Assembly (NCBI GenBank): GCA_965237675.1
Contig: OZ250150.1
Location: forward strand, 2,048,001 to 2,112,000
Direction: 5' to 3'
Length of the DNA stretch: 64,000 nt
Source: Candidatus Latescibacterota bacterium
GTDB lineage: Bacteria; Latescibacterota; UBA2968; GCA-2709665
This document shows positions 48,926 to 59,201 of this stretch, piece after piece. The notes under the pieces are model-generated. The model saw only the letters and a list, made by a program, of their open reading frames with translations, was not told the DNA's origin and searched no databases. Both the position numbers and the translations under genes were made by a program. Each line of letters starts with the position of its first letter. The first letter of the stretch is position 1.

Positions 48926-50293
48926 TCATGACGCGAACGCATTCAATATACCCGTGGCGAAATCAGTCAGCGTGTCGTCACGCGCTCCCATAATCACCAC
49001 CCGGTCGCCAGGCCGCGCCTCTTCCGAAAACCAGCGCGCAATCGCTTCTCTCTCATGGAAAAACGCCGCGTAAACGCCCCGGCCGGAAATCGCTTCGATC
49101 AAATCTCTGGAGGAGATATCCCGCACCGCCGTCCCGCCGGCATAATAGATTTCCGGCATCGCAAGCAGGTCCCGCCCTTCAAGCCCCGTCGCAAACGCGG
49201 CGATCAGCCCGTCCTTGAGAAACCGGGTGGGCGCGAATCCCGTTGGCTGAAACATCACCAGCAGCCGACCGGGTTGTTCTTTGAGTGTGGAGAGAGACGC
49301 CGCAATCTTGTCCGGATTATGTGCGAAGTCATCGATCACCGTCACGCCGCCGAGCGTCCCCAGTACCTGCAGGCGTCGCCGGATCCCGGCAAAATCCGCC
49401 AGCGCATCCGCCGTTTGAATGATCGGGACGTCCAGCGCCGAACAGGCGGCCACGGCCGCGGCGGCATTCGAAACGTTGTGCCTGCCCGGCACTTTCAGCC
49501 GAAACCCGACCCCATTGACTTCAAACGCCACACCAGCCGCCAGTGGTTGGATCTTCTCGGCGCAGACCTGAGCCCGGTTATTTTCGACGCCAAAACCGAC
49601 GCCCTCCACGCGGAGGGACACGGATGACTCGCAGTCCAGGTTGATTACCGCCGCCCTCCGTGCTTTTTGCGCAAATTCCCGGAACATCCCGCACAGAACG
49701 TCGAGCGGCTTGTGGTCCTCCGAAATATTGGTCAACACCGAAATCGAGGGCTTATACAAAACGATGGTTCCGTCGCTCTCGTCTGCCTCGATCACGGGGA
49801 GGTCCGGGTCGCCGCACATCGCGTTGCTCGAATCCGACGGCGCCGTCGGATTCAGGAGCGCACCTCCGAGAATAACGGTAGGGTTCCGGCCCGTACGCTT
49901 CAGGATATGACCGATCATGCCCGCTACCGTCGTCTTTCCGCTTGTGCCGCCAACGGCGACGCCCTCCGCCCGGTTGAACAGCTCCGCCAGAACCTCCGCG
50001 CGCTTCCGAACCGGAATCTTCCGACGCAACGCGGCGCGCACGTCGGGAATGTCTTTCTCCACCGCTGCGGACACCACCAGTTCGTCCACGGTGTCGTCCA
50101 CACCCGAACCATCCTGGGGGAACAACGTGATGCGCCGCGACCGGAGTTGATCGAAAAGCCCGCGGTTCTGTCCGTTGTCCCAACTGCGGTCGGAACCGCG
50201 CACCGCATGGCCGTGATGCCGCAACACCTGCGCGAGCGCGCTCATCCCGCTCCCGCCGATCCCGCAGAAAAAAACCGTCCTGGCGGCCGCCAC
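48926..50293 (-). CDS. MurC/Mpl-like Mur ligase
   Basis: GIGGSGMSALA, GTSGKTT, EADESDG, DDFAHNP. Confidence 0.9.
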   Translation of the reverse strand: MAAARTVFFCGIGGSGMSALAQVLRHHGHAVRGSDRSWDNGQNRGLFDQLRSRRITLFPQDGSGVDDTVDELVVSAAVEKDIPDVRAALRRKIPVRKRAEVLAELFNRAEGVAVGGTSGKTTVAGMIGHILKRTGRNPTVILGGALLNPTAPSDSSNAMCGDPDLPVIEADESDGTIVLYKPSISVLTNISEDHKPLDVLCGMFREFAQKARRAAVINLDCESSVSLRVEGVGFGVENNRAQVCAEKIQPLAAGVAFEVNGVGFRLKVPGRHNVSNAAAAVAACSALDVPIIQTADALADFAGIRRRLQVLGTLGGVTVIDDFAHNPDKIAASLSTLKEQPGRLLVMFQPTGFAPTRFLKDGLIAAFATGLEGRDLLAMPEIYYAGGTAVRDISSRDLIEAISGRGVYAAFFHEREAIARWFSEEARPGDRVVIMGARDDTLTDFATGILNAFAS

Positions 50294-50342
50294 ATCCTCT
50301 CCTTTCTCCGTTCATCCGATGCGCACAGGCGAATCTGATTCC

Positions 50343-50371
50343 ATACTACAGACCAATACCCGGTTTGTCAA
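50343..50371 (-). promoter_or_regulatory. sigma-70 promoter for the Mur ligase gene
   Basis: TTGACA-17 nt-TAGTAT. Confidence 0.6.
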
Positions 50372-50619
50372 GCATACAAGAAAATCGACGGAAATCGGAG
50401 ACCCGGGCATCAACCATCTTCGTTCAGCAACGAGCGGGGTCCCGGTAATTCGCCCGCCGCGCGGAAAAAGTCGAGCGTCTCGTACCGGGGCAAGCGCCGC
50501 GAAGCAGCACCGAATCCACTTCCCGGCTCAATTTCACACAGCGTAATATAGCCATACACCGCAAGACGGAAGATAGCCCTTGCGCCCGTCCATGTATGCG
50601 GTTCGCCGGGCTTCTTTCA

Positions 50620-50648
50620 TTGACACACTGCTCCGTGTACAGTATATT
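50620..50648 (+). promoter_or_regulatory. sigma-70 promoter for the DUF4432 gene
   Basis: TTGACA-17 nt-TATATT. Confidence 0.7.
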
Positions 50649-50710
50649 CACACCTCTGATTCGGCGGCGTATGCCACATTACAACCTCCTATTATACAAG
50701 GAGTTCCTAC

Positions 50711-51913
50711 ATGGGCGACATGTTTCGATACGTGCTCACCGACGTGGAACGAGCGCTCTGGGCCGAATCCTGGTGTGTGGATGAGGAAACCCTGTCCCTC
50801 GGGACCGGATGTGCGTGGAGCGTTAAAAAAACGACCCTCAATGGCGGCCTCCAGGCGGGCATCGACATCATTGAAGTGGACAACGGCGCCTTCTCCTTCT
50901 CCATTGTACCGACTCGCGGCATGGGGATCTGGAAGGGCGTCTACGGGGATATCCCGATCGGCTGGGAATCGCCGGTCCGCGACCTGGTTCATCCCGCGTA
51001 TGTAGACGCCAATGACAGGGGCGGGCTCGGCTGGCTGAAGGGCTTTAACGAATGGATCGTTCGCTGCGGTCTGGAGAGCAATGGCGCGCCGACGACCGAT
51101 GTGGTGATCGACAACAACGGCAATGAGGCCACGGTTTTCCTCCCGCTTCATGGAAAGATCGCGAATATTCCCGCGCGGCAGGTCGAAGTCCGTATCGACC
51201 TCGCGCCACCACATCGCATCACCGTGATGGGAGTTGTCGACGAAACCATGATGTTCGGCCCGGCGCTGCGGTTGACCACCTTTATCTCCACCGAACCCGG
51301 CGCCAACAGTTTCAACATTTCGGATCGGGTTAGCAACCTCAATCAAAAGCCCGCCGAAATGCAGCTTCTATACCACTGCAACTATGGCTCTCCTTTTCTG
51401 GAAGGTGGAAGCACTCTGGTTGCGCCCTTCAAATCCGTTTCACCGAGAGATACCCGCGCGCAGGAGGGTGCGGACGCCCATAACAGGTTCGGGGCGCCGG
51501 AACCGGGTTTTGTGGAACAGGTCTATTTTTACGAACTGGCAGGAAAGAGGGGCAGCGGGCAGACCGCGGTCCTGCTCAGGAACGCTAAGGGAGACCTGGG
51601 GTCCAGCTTGCACTGTTCGCTCAACCAGTTGCCCTGTTTTACGCTATGGAAAAACACGGCGGCAACCGAAGACGGATACGTCACCGGCCTGGAACCCGCT
51701 ACCAGCTACCCCAACCCCAAGCCGTTCGAGCGCAAACAGGGCCGTGTGACCAGGCTCGACGCCGGCGAGACCCGCCGAATGGACCTTACGGTTGCCGTCC
51801 ACGACAGCAGAAAAAAGGTGCGGAACGTGGAACGGTCTATCAAGCGGATCCAAAAGAACGTAAAATCCAGAGTTTCCCGGACGCCCATCAAGAGGCTTTC
51901 CGGGGCAGGTTAG
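50711..51913 (+). CDS. DUF4432 / aldose 1-epimerase-like protein
   Basis: PTRGMGIW, GWESPV, LHGKIANIPA, LYHCNYG, GYVTGLEPAT. Confidence 0.88.
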   Translation: MGDMFRYVLTDVERALWAESWCVDEETLSLGTGCAWSVKKTTLNGGLQAGIDIIEVDNGAFSFSIVPTRGMGIWKGVYGDIPIGWESPVRDLVHPAYVDANDRGGLGWLKGFNEWIVRCGLESNGAPTTDVVIDNNGNEATVFLPLHGKIANIPARQVEVRIDLAPPHRITVMGVVDETMMFGPALRLTTFISTEPGANSFNISDRVSNLNQKPAEMQLLYHCNYGSPFLEGGSTLVAPFKSVSPRDTRAQEGADAHNRFGAPEPGFVEQVYFYELAGKRGSGQTAVLLRNAKGDLGSSLHCSLNQLPCFTLWKNTAATEDGYVTGLEPATSYPNPKPFERKQGRVTRLDAGETRRMDLTVAVHDSRKKVRNVERSIKRIQKNVKSRVSRTPIKRLSGAG

Positions 51914-52021
51914 GGGGTCTCACGCAATCCGAGCGCGAGCATTGGCCACGTTTCCTCATTTGCAATCGGAGCCGAGGGTCTCTGCCGATCGTCCCGTGGA
52001 AACAACGAAAGGATATCATTC

Positions 52022-55018
52022 GTGAACGCCACATCGACCTTCCAGGAGCTCATTCTCCGCCTCGAACGATTCTGGGCGGATAACGGGTGTATCATCTGGC
52101 AGCCGCTCAGCGAAAAGGTGGGTGCCGGTACGCTGAACCCGGGCACCGCGCTTCGCGTGCTGGGACCGGAGCCCTGGAACGTGGCCTACGTTGAACCCAG
52201 CTTCCGTCCCGACGACGGCCGATTCGGCGAAAATCCGAACCGGATGCAAATGCACACGCAGTACCAGGTTGTTCTCAAACCCGAGCCTGGCAACCCCCAG
52301 GAGCTCTACCTGGACAGCCTGGAAGCGTTAGGTCTGAATCGCAGACAACACGACATCCGTTTTGTGGAAGACAACTGGGAATCCCCCGCGCTGGGCGCGT
52401 GGGGCCTGGGGTGGGAGGTCTGGCTCGATGGCCTGGAAATCACTCAGTTCACTTACTTCCAGCAGGCTGGTGGTCTACCGCTCGACCCTGTGCCGGTAGA
52501 AATCACTTACGGCATGGAACGTATTGCCATGTACGTTCAGGATGTGCGCGAAGTCTGGCAGCTTCGCTGGAATGAGAACGTCACCTACGGCGACATTCTC
52601 AGACAGCAGGAAGTGGAGTATTGCAATTACGAGTTCTACTACGCAAACGTCCAGCGCCTGCGGGCCATGTTCGATCTTTTCCTCGAGGAAGCCAGAGCCG
52701 CCATAGACCGTGGCCTCGTAATACCCGCCCATGACTATGTGTTGCGGTGCTCTCACACCTTCAACCTGCTGGACACCCGTGGGGCGGTCGGTGTTACCGA
52801 ACGTGCGAGGTACTTCGCACAAATACGCGATCTCGCCAGGCAGGTTGCCGAAGGTTTTGCCGGACAGCGCGAAGCATCCGGTCACCCCCTGATCAAGAAA
52901 ACCGCAGACGCGGCTGCTCCGAAACCGGTACGGGATTTTGAACCTTGCGAACACGCCGACCTTCTTGTGGAAATCGGCTCCGAAGAACTCCCGTCCCACG
53001 ACGTCCGGTCCGGCATCGAACAACTCGAGGGGCGCCTCCCCCAGCTTCTTCAGGAGCAGAGGCTTGAATATGACGGCGTCGAAATAACGGGGACCCCCAG
53101 ACGGCTTGTCGCGAGCGTCAGGAACCTCGCGGGCCGGCAGCCAGACCGGATGCGCGAAGTGCGCGGCCCGGCTGTCAGGGCCGCTTACGACGACGATGGA
53201 AAACCCACTCGCGCCCTTGAAGGATTCAGTCGCGGACAGGGCATCACTCCTGGTTCCGTGGAACACCGGAAAGACGACAAGGGCGTTGAATACGTTTACG
53301 CCCGGCGCCATGAACCCGGACTCGAAACACAGGAAATTCTGACGAAACTTCTTCCCGACCTGATTGCGGGCCTGAACTTCACTAAAACGATGCGCTGGGA
53401 CTCCGACGGTTTCGTCTATCCTCGACCTCTCCGATGGATTGTCGCACTCTTCGGAGACCAGATTGTCCCGTTTCCAATCGCCCGGATCCGGAGCGGGGAT
53501 ACCAGCCGGGGATCGAGGCCCGAGGGTGCTCCGCCAGTCCAGCTGAAATCCGCCAACGACTACCACCGGCAAATGGAGGAACACGGTCTGGTCGTCAACC
53601 GGGACCGGCGGAAGGACGCCATCTGGAATCAGGTTCTCGAACAGGCGCGGGCGGTGGGCGGTACCGTAAAGGAAGATCCGGACCTGCTCGACGAAGTTAC
53701 CGATCTGGTCGAAGCGCCCTTTGCGCTGCGCGGCGGGTTCGACGAAGCCCATCTTGAACTTCCGCAGGAGGTCCTGGTCACGGTACTCAAGAAATACCAG
53801 CGCTACTTCCCTATAGTACACCCGCAAACAGGCCGGCTGCTGCCCTATTTCGTGGCCGTATCCAACGGCCGGTCGGCCGATTCCGGCACGGTTATTCGAG
53901 GAAACGAGAGTGTCGTCCGCGCCCGGTTTACAGACGCCGCCTTCTTCTACAGGGAAGATGGCCGGAAGCCCCTGGAAGGCTACCTGCCGCGGTTGGATAC
54001 ACTCACCTACCAGGACGAACTGGGCTCCGTTAGGGACAAAAGCGAGCGAATCGAGCGACTGCTCACCGTCGTCGCCCGGGATCTGGGTCTGTCGGAAGGC
54101 GATACGAACACAGCGAAGAGGGCGGCCCGGCTCTGTAAAGCCGACCTGGCCACCGGTATGGTCGTCGAGATGACGTCCCTCCAGGGTGTGATGGGCCGTT
54201 ACTACGCCTTGTTGTCCAACGAAACGGACGCGGTGGCCGTTGCCATCCAGGAACACTATTTTCCCCGGTTTCCTGGCGACACCCTCCCAGCGAGTAATTC
54301 CGGTTTTGCGGTCTCGGTAGCCGACCGGCTGGACAGCCTGGCAGGCCTATTCTGCGTCGGAATCAAACCCCGGTCCACCGCCGATCCCTACGGGCTCCGC
54401 CGGGACGCGCTGGGTCTGTTGGCCCTGCTTATCGGGAAGGGCCGTCCGTTCTCCCTTAAGAAAGGCCTGGACGCCGCGGCAACGGGGCTACCTATCCGAA
54501 TCGATCCCAGTCGATTGAAGGACGCCTATGCGTTTATCCTGCGCCGCCTGGGTGTGCAACTGAAAGAAGAAGGTTTTCGTCACGACGTGGTTGAGGCCGC
54601 CCTTGCCGGCGGATGCGATGACCCCTTTCGGCTCCGGACCATTGTGGAAGGCCTTAATCATATGGTTGGTTCGGATAACTGGATGGAAACCCTCCATGCC
54701 TACGCGCGTTGCAATCGTATCGTCCGGGATCTGAGCGAGAGCCATTCAATGAATCCTGAGGCAGATCCAACCCCTGCCTCGCGGAGCCTACATCAGATGT
54801 GGGGTGAAGCCCGCCGCAGGATGGATCATTCGGAAGACAGAATCGATACCCTGGATAACGTGCTGGCCGACCTGTGCGGCCCGATTAACAGCTTTTTCGA
54901 AGACGTCCTGGTGATGGATGAAGATCCCGTGCTCCGCCGCGCCCGGCTGGCTCTCGTTCAGCGTATTGCCTCTCTTACGGACGGCATTGCGGACCTGAGC
55001 CGGCTTGAAGGGTTTTAG
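52022..55018 (+). CDS. glyQS: glycine-tRNA ligase, fused alpha and beta subunits
   Basis: Alpha motifs [24 protein letters not shown] and beta motifs [30 protein letters not shown] in one 998-aa ORF. Confidence 0.97.
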   Translation: MNATSTFQELILRLERFWADNGCIIWQPLSEKVGAGTLNPGTALRVLGPEPWNVAYVEPSFRPDDGRFGENPNRMQMHTQYQVVLKPEPGNPQELYLDSLEALGLNRRQHDIRFVEDNWESPALGAWGLGWEVWLDGLEITQFTYFQQAGGLPLDPVPVEITYGMERIAMYVQDVREVWQLRWNENVTYGDILRQQEVEYCNYEFYYANVQRLRAMFDLFLEEARAAIDRGLVIPAHDYVLRCSHTFNLLDTRGAVGVTERARYFAQIRDLARQVAEGFAGQREASGHPLIKKTADAAAPKPVRDFEPCEHADLLVEIGSEELPSHDVRSGIEQLEGRLPQLLQEQRLEYDGVEITGTPRRLVASVRNLAGRQPDRMREVRGPAVRAAYDDDGKPTRALEGFSRGQGITPGSVEHRKDDKGVEYVYARRHEPGLETQEILTKLLPDLIAGLNFTKTMRWDSDGFVYPRPLRWIVALFGDQIVPFPIARIRSGDTSRGSRPEGAPPVQLKSANDYHRQMEEHGLVVNRDRRKDAIWNQVLEQARAVGGTVKEDPDLLDEVTDLVEAPFALRGGFDEAHLELPQEVLVTVLKKYQRYFPIVHPQTGRLLPYFVAVSNGRSADSGTVIRGNESVVRARFTDAAFFYREDGRKPLEGYLPRLDTLTYQDELGSVRDKSERIERLLTVVARDLGLSEGDTNTAKRAARLCKADLATGMVVEMTSLQGVMGRYYALLSNETDAVAVAIQEHYFPRFPGDTLPASNSGFAVSVADRLDSLAGLFCVGIKPRSTADPYGLRRDALGLLALLIGKGRPFSLKKGLDAAATGLPIRIDPSRLKDAYAFILRRLGVQLKEEGFRHDVVEAALAGGCDDPFRLRTIVEGLNHMVGSDNWMETLHAYARCNRIVRDLSESHSMNPEADPTPASRSLHQMWGEARRRMDHSEDRIDTLDNVLADLCGPINSFFEDVLVMDEDPVLRRARLALVQRIASLTDGIADLSRLEGF

Positions 55019-55178
55019 CAGTCCGTTGATAAAGTCGCTCTGCAGGCGAGGCCGAGTCATTGTGGCCGAGGATAAGGCGCGCGACCGCGTCGAATCGGGG
55101 GATTCGGGGAGGGAGTGCAACGCAGTAATTCGGCCACAAGGGCCGGCCGCAGCCCGGATGGACTTTTTCAACGGGCTG
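55019..55178. mobile_element. 160-bp MITE with IS5-like YTAR target
   Basis: TIR CAGTCCGTTGATAAAGTC versus revcomp CAGCCCGTTGAAAAAGTC (16/18). TTAG duplicated at 55015-18 and 55179-82. Confidence 0.85.
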
Positions 55179-55341
55179 TTAGGGCGGGAACACGCCTTGC
55201 ACACGCTCGGTTGAATTCCACCGGGTGTTCTTCCACCTCGCCCCGAACCCGGACGAGGCGGTCGTGTTGCGACATCCAGCCGCAAGGACGCCGGCGCCTA
55301 CCAACTCTATAGCTTCTTCACGCAGCTTCTTCACGGTTCCC

Positions 55342-55923
55342 ATGCGTATCATCACCGGGAAACTCAAAGGTCGGATCATTCCCTTTGATGTCAGGAAACA
55401 CGGCAACGCCCGCGTCACGCCGGAAAGGATCAAAGAGTCCGCGTTCACGATTCTGGGCGCCGGGCTGCCCCATCTTCACTTTCTCGACCTCTTTTCCTGT
55501 TCGGGCCAGATCGGCCTCGAGGCGTACAGCCGGGGTGCCCGGGTGCTTTTGAACGAACCGAATCGTCTCAGGCGCCGGTTTATTTCCAGGCTGCTGAAGG
55601 ACTGGGGCGTGGAAAAACACATCCGTCTTCTGGATCAGCCTGCTGAGAGCCTCCTGCCAACTCTCGAAACGGAACAACGGTTTTTTGACGTAATCTACGT
55701 GGATCCGCCGTACCGACGACAACTGGACGACGTTCCGTTCGCACTTGCCATACTCGCCCGCCTGAGCAGAACGAACCTCGTTGCTACGTCGGGCCATATC
55801 CTCATTCAACATTCCGCCGACCTGGAGTTGCCTGCCGCCATCCGGCGCCTTTCGTTGTGCAGGCGAAAGACCTATGGCGGCACCTCATTATCCATCTACC
55901 GGAAGGTGGGCCGAGGCGAGTAA
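55342..55923 (+). CDS. rsmD: 16S rRNA m2G966 methyltransferase-like
   Basis: MRIITGKLKGR, RIKESAF, LDLFSCSG, GLEAYSRGA, DPPY, YGGT. Confidence 0.88.
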   Translation: MRIITGKLKGRIIPFDVRKHGNARVTPERIKESAFTILGAGLPHLHFLDLFSCSGQIGLEAYSRGARVLLNEPNRLRRRFISRLLKDWGVEKHIRLLDQPAESLLPTLETEQRFFDVIYVDPPYRRQLDDVPFALAILARLSRTNLVATSGHILIQHSADLELPAAIRRLSLCRRKTYGGTSLSIYRKVGRGE

Positions 55924-56009
55924 GCCCCTGACAGCAATATCCATTTGCTTTCGTACGCTGTTACGTGTATTTTTTCCATTCAACCCCTATTCGGAAAGGA
56001 GCCGATCAG

Positions 56010-56288
56010 ATGGATACCATGCACGCGTCCATCGAATTCCGTCCCCGCGGGCGAACGCTTGCCATGGGCGGGATCCCCTGGCTGCCGAGGATTACGGACA
56101 AAGCGCGGGCTATGCTGCGGAACAACATCGGCGACTATATCTACCCGTGACCCGCCGACCAGAAGTTCCTGGAGGAACTCGGCATGCCGGCAGAAGAATT
56201 CACGCAAATTGTGTCCGAATGCAACCTGGACGCTGAAGTCATCGAGCGTGTCCGACCCTATTACGAAAAGTCCCGAAAGGGAGAATGA
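56010..56288 (+). CDS. DUF5069-like small protein with in-frame TGA (codon 47), candidate selenoprotein (92 aa)
   Basis: AAGGAG-ATG 56010. GGIPWLPRITDKARA...GDYIYP*PADQKFLEELG...EEF reads as one domain across TGA 56148-50, with 45 more sense codons. Confidence 0.75.
56154..56183 (+). promoter_or_regulatory. candidate bacterial SECIS hairpin
   Basis: GCCG/CGGC lower stem, AGTTCC/GGAACT upper stem, TGGA loop beginning after 19 nt downstream of the TGA. Confidence 0.6.
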
Positions 56289-56525
56289 AAATACAGAAGC
56301 CGCCACGCGTTGCGTGGCGGCTTTGCTCGTTTATCACCTCAGGTTGTTTTCATCTCCCACCATACGATTCACGTCCCATCAAATTCGGCCTCCCGCCAGC
56401 CTCCCTTCAGGTCCAGTCAAACAGAACCAGGGATTCGATCTCCTCTGTATCAGACGACAAACATCGCATTTCATCCGCGCGGTCCTTCATCTGGCCGCTC
56501 GCAAAGATCCACCTGCCGTCTGGTC

Positions 56526-57461
56526 CTACCGTTCCCCGCCCTCCGGCAGGGCTTGGCGGGCCAGCGCCCGGACCTCGCCGGACCCCATCCGAAGCAACCC
56601 GTCGATCCCTATCACGTCGGCCGCAAAGAGCTGCGGACATTCCTGGGCAGCCAGATCGTATGCTTCCTGCACATTGTAATTCACACCCCTGTAGCGGTAG
56701 AGGTGGCCCAGGCTCTCCAATTGTCCGTTTCGTCTCAATGAATTCGTTACACCCATCTTGAAATAATACAACTGCCGGTCTCTCTTGTCCCCCCACGTCA
56801 ATGTATCCGGCTCGGGAACATGCGCCATCGACCTGTCCAGTTCTGCCTGAAAGGCTTCGATCTGGCCATCGACCATCTCCAGCAGCCCTCGAAGGACCTC
56901 ACTGCGGGCGGCTTCGGATTCGTCTTGAAGCATATCCTGGAGCGCCAGAGCGGCCTTGCCGTAAAATGCGTAACGATCTCGTCTTCCCTCTCCGAACAGG
57001 TCCATTTCAATGGCTTCGGCTCTCCGGGCCAGTGCCTCCAGATCCAGGTGGTCATCACCCACACCCGCGTAGTCGTCATCCGCGCGTGCGACCTGTAGTC
57101 CCACCAGCAACGCCCGCTCGACAAGATGCATCATGTCATCCGCAGGATCATAAACCCTCAAATTCCGTGACTTTCCTGCATCGGTTCGTTTCACATCCAC
57201 GCCGTGCGCAAACCCCCGTCTGACCAGTTCCTGCTCCGCCTCTATACCCAACCTTGACAATAGTTCGTGTAGTACCCCGCCCAGTATCGGGTGGCTTCCG
57301 GCCGGCAGGTATTCCTCCCGGTCTTCGATCACCATATCCGCCACCTCCGCCGCCAACGCTTCGTCTCCCTCGGAATTTCCGTTGCTTTTGAAACCCCTTC
57401 CACGCCTCAGACCGAAAGCAACCACGAGGACCAAAAGGACAACCAGAACGGTAGTAACCAT
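56526..57461 (-). CDS. hypothetical protein with N-terminal membrane anchor
   Basis: 311 aa, acidic and helical. GGAG RBS, hydrophobic MVTTVLVVLLVLVVAFG. Confidence 0.75.
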   Translation of the reverse strand: MVTTVLVVLLVLVVAFGLRRGRGFKSNGNSEGDEALAAEVADMVIEDREEYLPAGSHPILGGVLHELLSRLGIEAEQELVRRGFAHGVDVKRTDAGKSRNLRVYDPADDMMHLVERALLVGLQVARADDDYAGVGDDHLDLEALARRAEAIEMDLFGEGRRDRYAFYGKAALALQDMLQDESEAARSEVLRGLLEMVDGQIEAFQAELDRSMAHVPEPDTLTWGDKRDRQLYYFKMGVTNSLRRNGQLESLGHLYRYRGVNYNVQEAYDLAAQECPQLFAADVIGIDGLLRMGSGEVRALARQALPEGGER

Positions 57462-57497
57462 CTCCGGTATACTCCCTCTTCGAAAAAATCACGCATT

Positions 57498-59201
57498 TTA
57501 CGCTCGGAACAACTCCCCCATGCGCCGGCCCAGGAACCGTCCCGCCAGAAAGAGGCTGAGCATAAGAAGCAGCATTCCGAGCATGCCCATGGCGCTGGCG
57601 ATATAGGGACCGTCCGCAATCCTGCCCATCAGTGCGTAGATCGCCTTGGTGATGGGGTAATATTGTGCCTTCAACGCCAGTATGAGGCTATCGCTGACCT
57701 CCAGCATCGCGAACGAAAAACAGAGAATGGCACCTGCGACCAGATTGGCCAGAATGAGCGGAAAGGTAATCTGCAAGGTCGTTCGAACGGGTGAAGCGCC
57801 CATATTTCGGGCGGCCTCCTCAAGGGTGACACTCGTTTGCTGGAATCCCGCGTATGCGGACCTGACCATATAGGGCAGCCGCCTTACCGCGTATGCTATG
57901 ACAAGCAGTGGCACGGGATTGTGTCTTGCATCAAGAAAAGTGCCCGAATATCCCGCCAGATATCCGAAGGCCAGCACCGGGCCGGGCAGGGCCAGCGGCA
58001 ACATGGCAACGGCATCCAGCGCGCCCTTAAACGGAATCCGCGTTCGGGCCAGCAGATAGGCAATGGCTATGCCGAGTCCCACGTCGCATATCGTGCTCAA
58101 CGTACTCAACATCAGACTCATGGTAACGCTGGGGCCAGCGATTGGATGTCGATACACAAGCGGGTAATACTTGCCTGTGATTTCCTGGGGCCAGATCGAC
58201 ATGAACCAGCGCTCGGAAATCGAGGTCAGAAAAACGCTCATGTGGGGGATCAGCGCGATGGCCGTCAAAGAAATCATAATCGTGTAGATGAGCGCGGTCA
58301 TCCTGGACGAAGCGCGGCGCGTTGCGGAACCCACGTGTCCCCGCGCCACCATTTCGTACCGTTTATTGCCCAGCAACAGTTTGGATATGTAGAAAAAAAA
58401 CACGGTAAGCATGAGCAAGAAAACCACGAGCGCGTACGCCATGGGGTTTTCGTTGATGTCCGAAATCGCGTTGAAAATCTCGACCATAACGACCTGCCGA
58501 TAGTTGAAAATCAGCGGTGTCCCCAGGTCTGTAAACGCCCAGATAAAAACGATAACTGCGCCGGCAAAATAACCCGGTAACATCAGCGGAAAGGTTACGG
58601 TTCGAAACAGCCGGAAACCGCGGGCGCCCATATTGCGGGCAGCTTCTTCGAGGCTGGGGTCGATATTGGCCAGCGCCGCCGCCACATTCAGGAACATGAT
58701 GGGATAGAGGTGTAACACCTGCAGTATGACCACACCGACAAAGCCGCTGCCGAACCAATCGATCGGTTGATCGATGACACCCAGTTTGAGCAAGAACAGG
58801 TTGATGGATCCGAATCGGGCGAACATCTGCTTCATGCCAATGGCGCCAACGAAGGGCGGAAGCACCATCGGCACCAGAATCAAACCGTGCAGGATGTTTT
58901 TCCCCCTGAAGTCGTACCTCACCAGCAAGATAGCGATAGGTAAACTCAACAGCGTCGTTGCGATCGTACTCAACATCCCGAGACGGAAGCTATTCAGGAT
59001 CATCTCCCTATAGACCGGATTGGTTGCCATCAGCTCAAAAAAAACGAGCGAGAACCCTCCGTTCACCCAGAGTGCTCTCACAAACGCGTACCAGAGCGGA
59101 TAGAAAAGAAAACAGACAAAAAAGGCAGCCAGCCCCGCCAAAAAGAGGATCTGAGCCCAATTCAAGCCGTATCGATCAAGCAGCGGTGTTTTCACCTTCA
59201 T
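57498..59201 (-). CDS. iron(III)-type ABC transporter permease (FbpB-like)
   Basis: Two EEAARNMGA EAA loops, ~12 TM. Confidence 0.93.
   Translation of the reverse strand: MKVKTPLLDRYGLNWAQILFLAGLAAFFVCFLFYPLWYAFVRALWVNGGFSLVFFELMATNPVYREMILNSFRLGMLSTIATTLLSLPIAILLVRYDFRGKNILHGLILVPMVLPPFVGAIGMKQMFARFGSINLFLLKLGVIDQPIDWFGSGFVGVVILQVLHLYPIMFLNVAAALANIDPSLEEAARNMGARGFRLFRTVTFPLMLPGYFAGAVIVFIWAFTDLGTPLIFNYRQVVMVEIFNAISDINENPMAYALVVFLLMLTVFFFYISKLLLGNKRYEMVARGHVGSATRRASSRMTALIYTIMISLTAIALIPHMSVFLTSISERWFMSIWPQEITGKYYPLVYRHPIAGPSVTMSLMLSTLSTICDVGLGIAIAYLLARTRIPFKGALDAVAMLPLALPGPVLAFGYLAGYSGTFLDARHNPVPLLVIAYAVRRLPYMVRSAYAGFQQTSVTLEEAARNMGASPVRTTLQITFPLILANLVAGAILCFSFAMLEVSDSLILALKAQYYPITKAIYALMGRIADGPYIASAMGMLGMLLLMLSLFLAGRFLGRRMGELFRA

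Noticed and set aside
55019-55178. T-box or other ncRNA next to glyQS
   Set aside because: It lies downstream of the gene and has TIRs plus a target duplication, so a MITE explains it better.
55945-56679. 244-aa plus-strand ORF and 55980-56306 minus-strand ORF
   Set aside because: No motifs or RBS. They overlap the better-supported read-through gene at 56010-56288.
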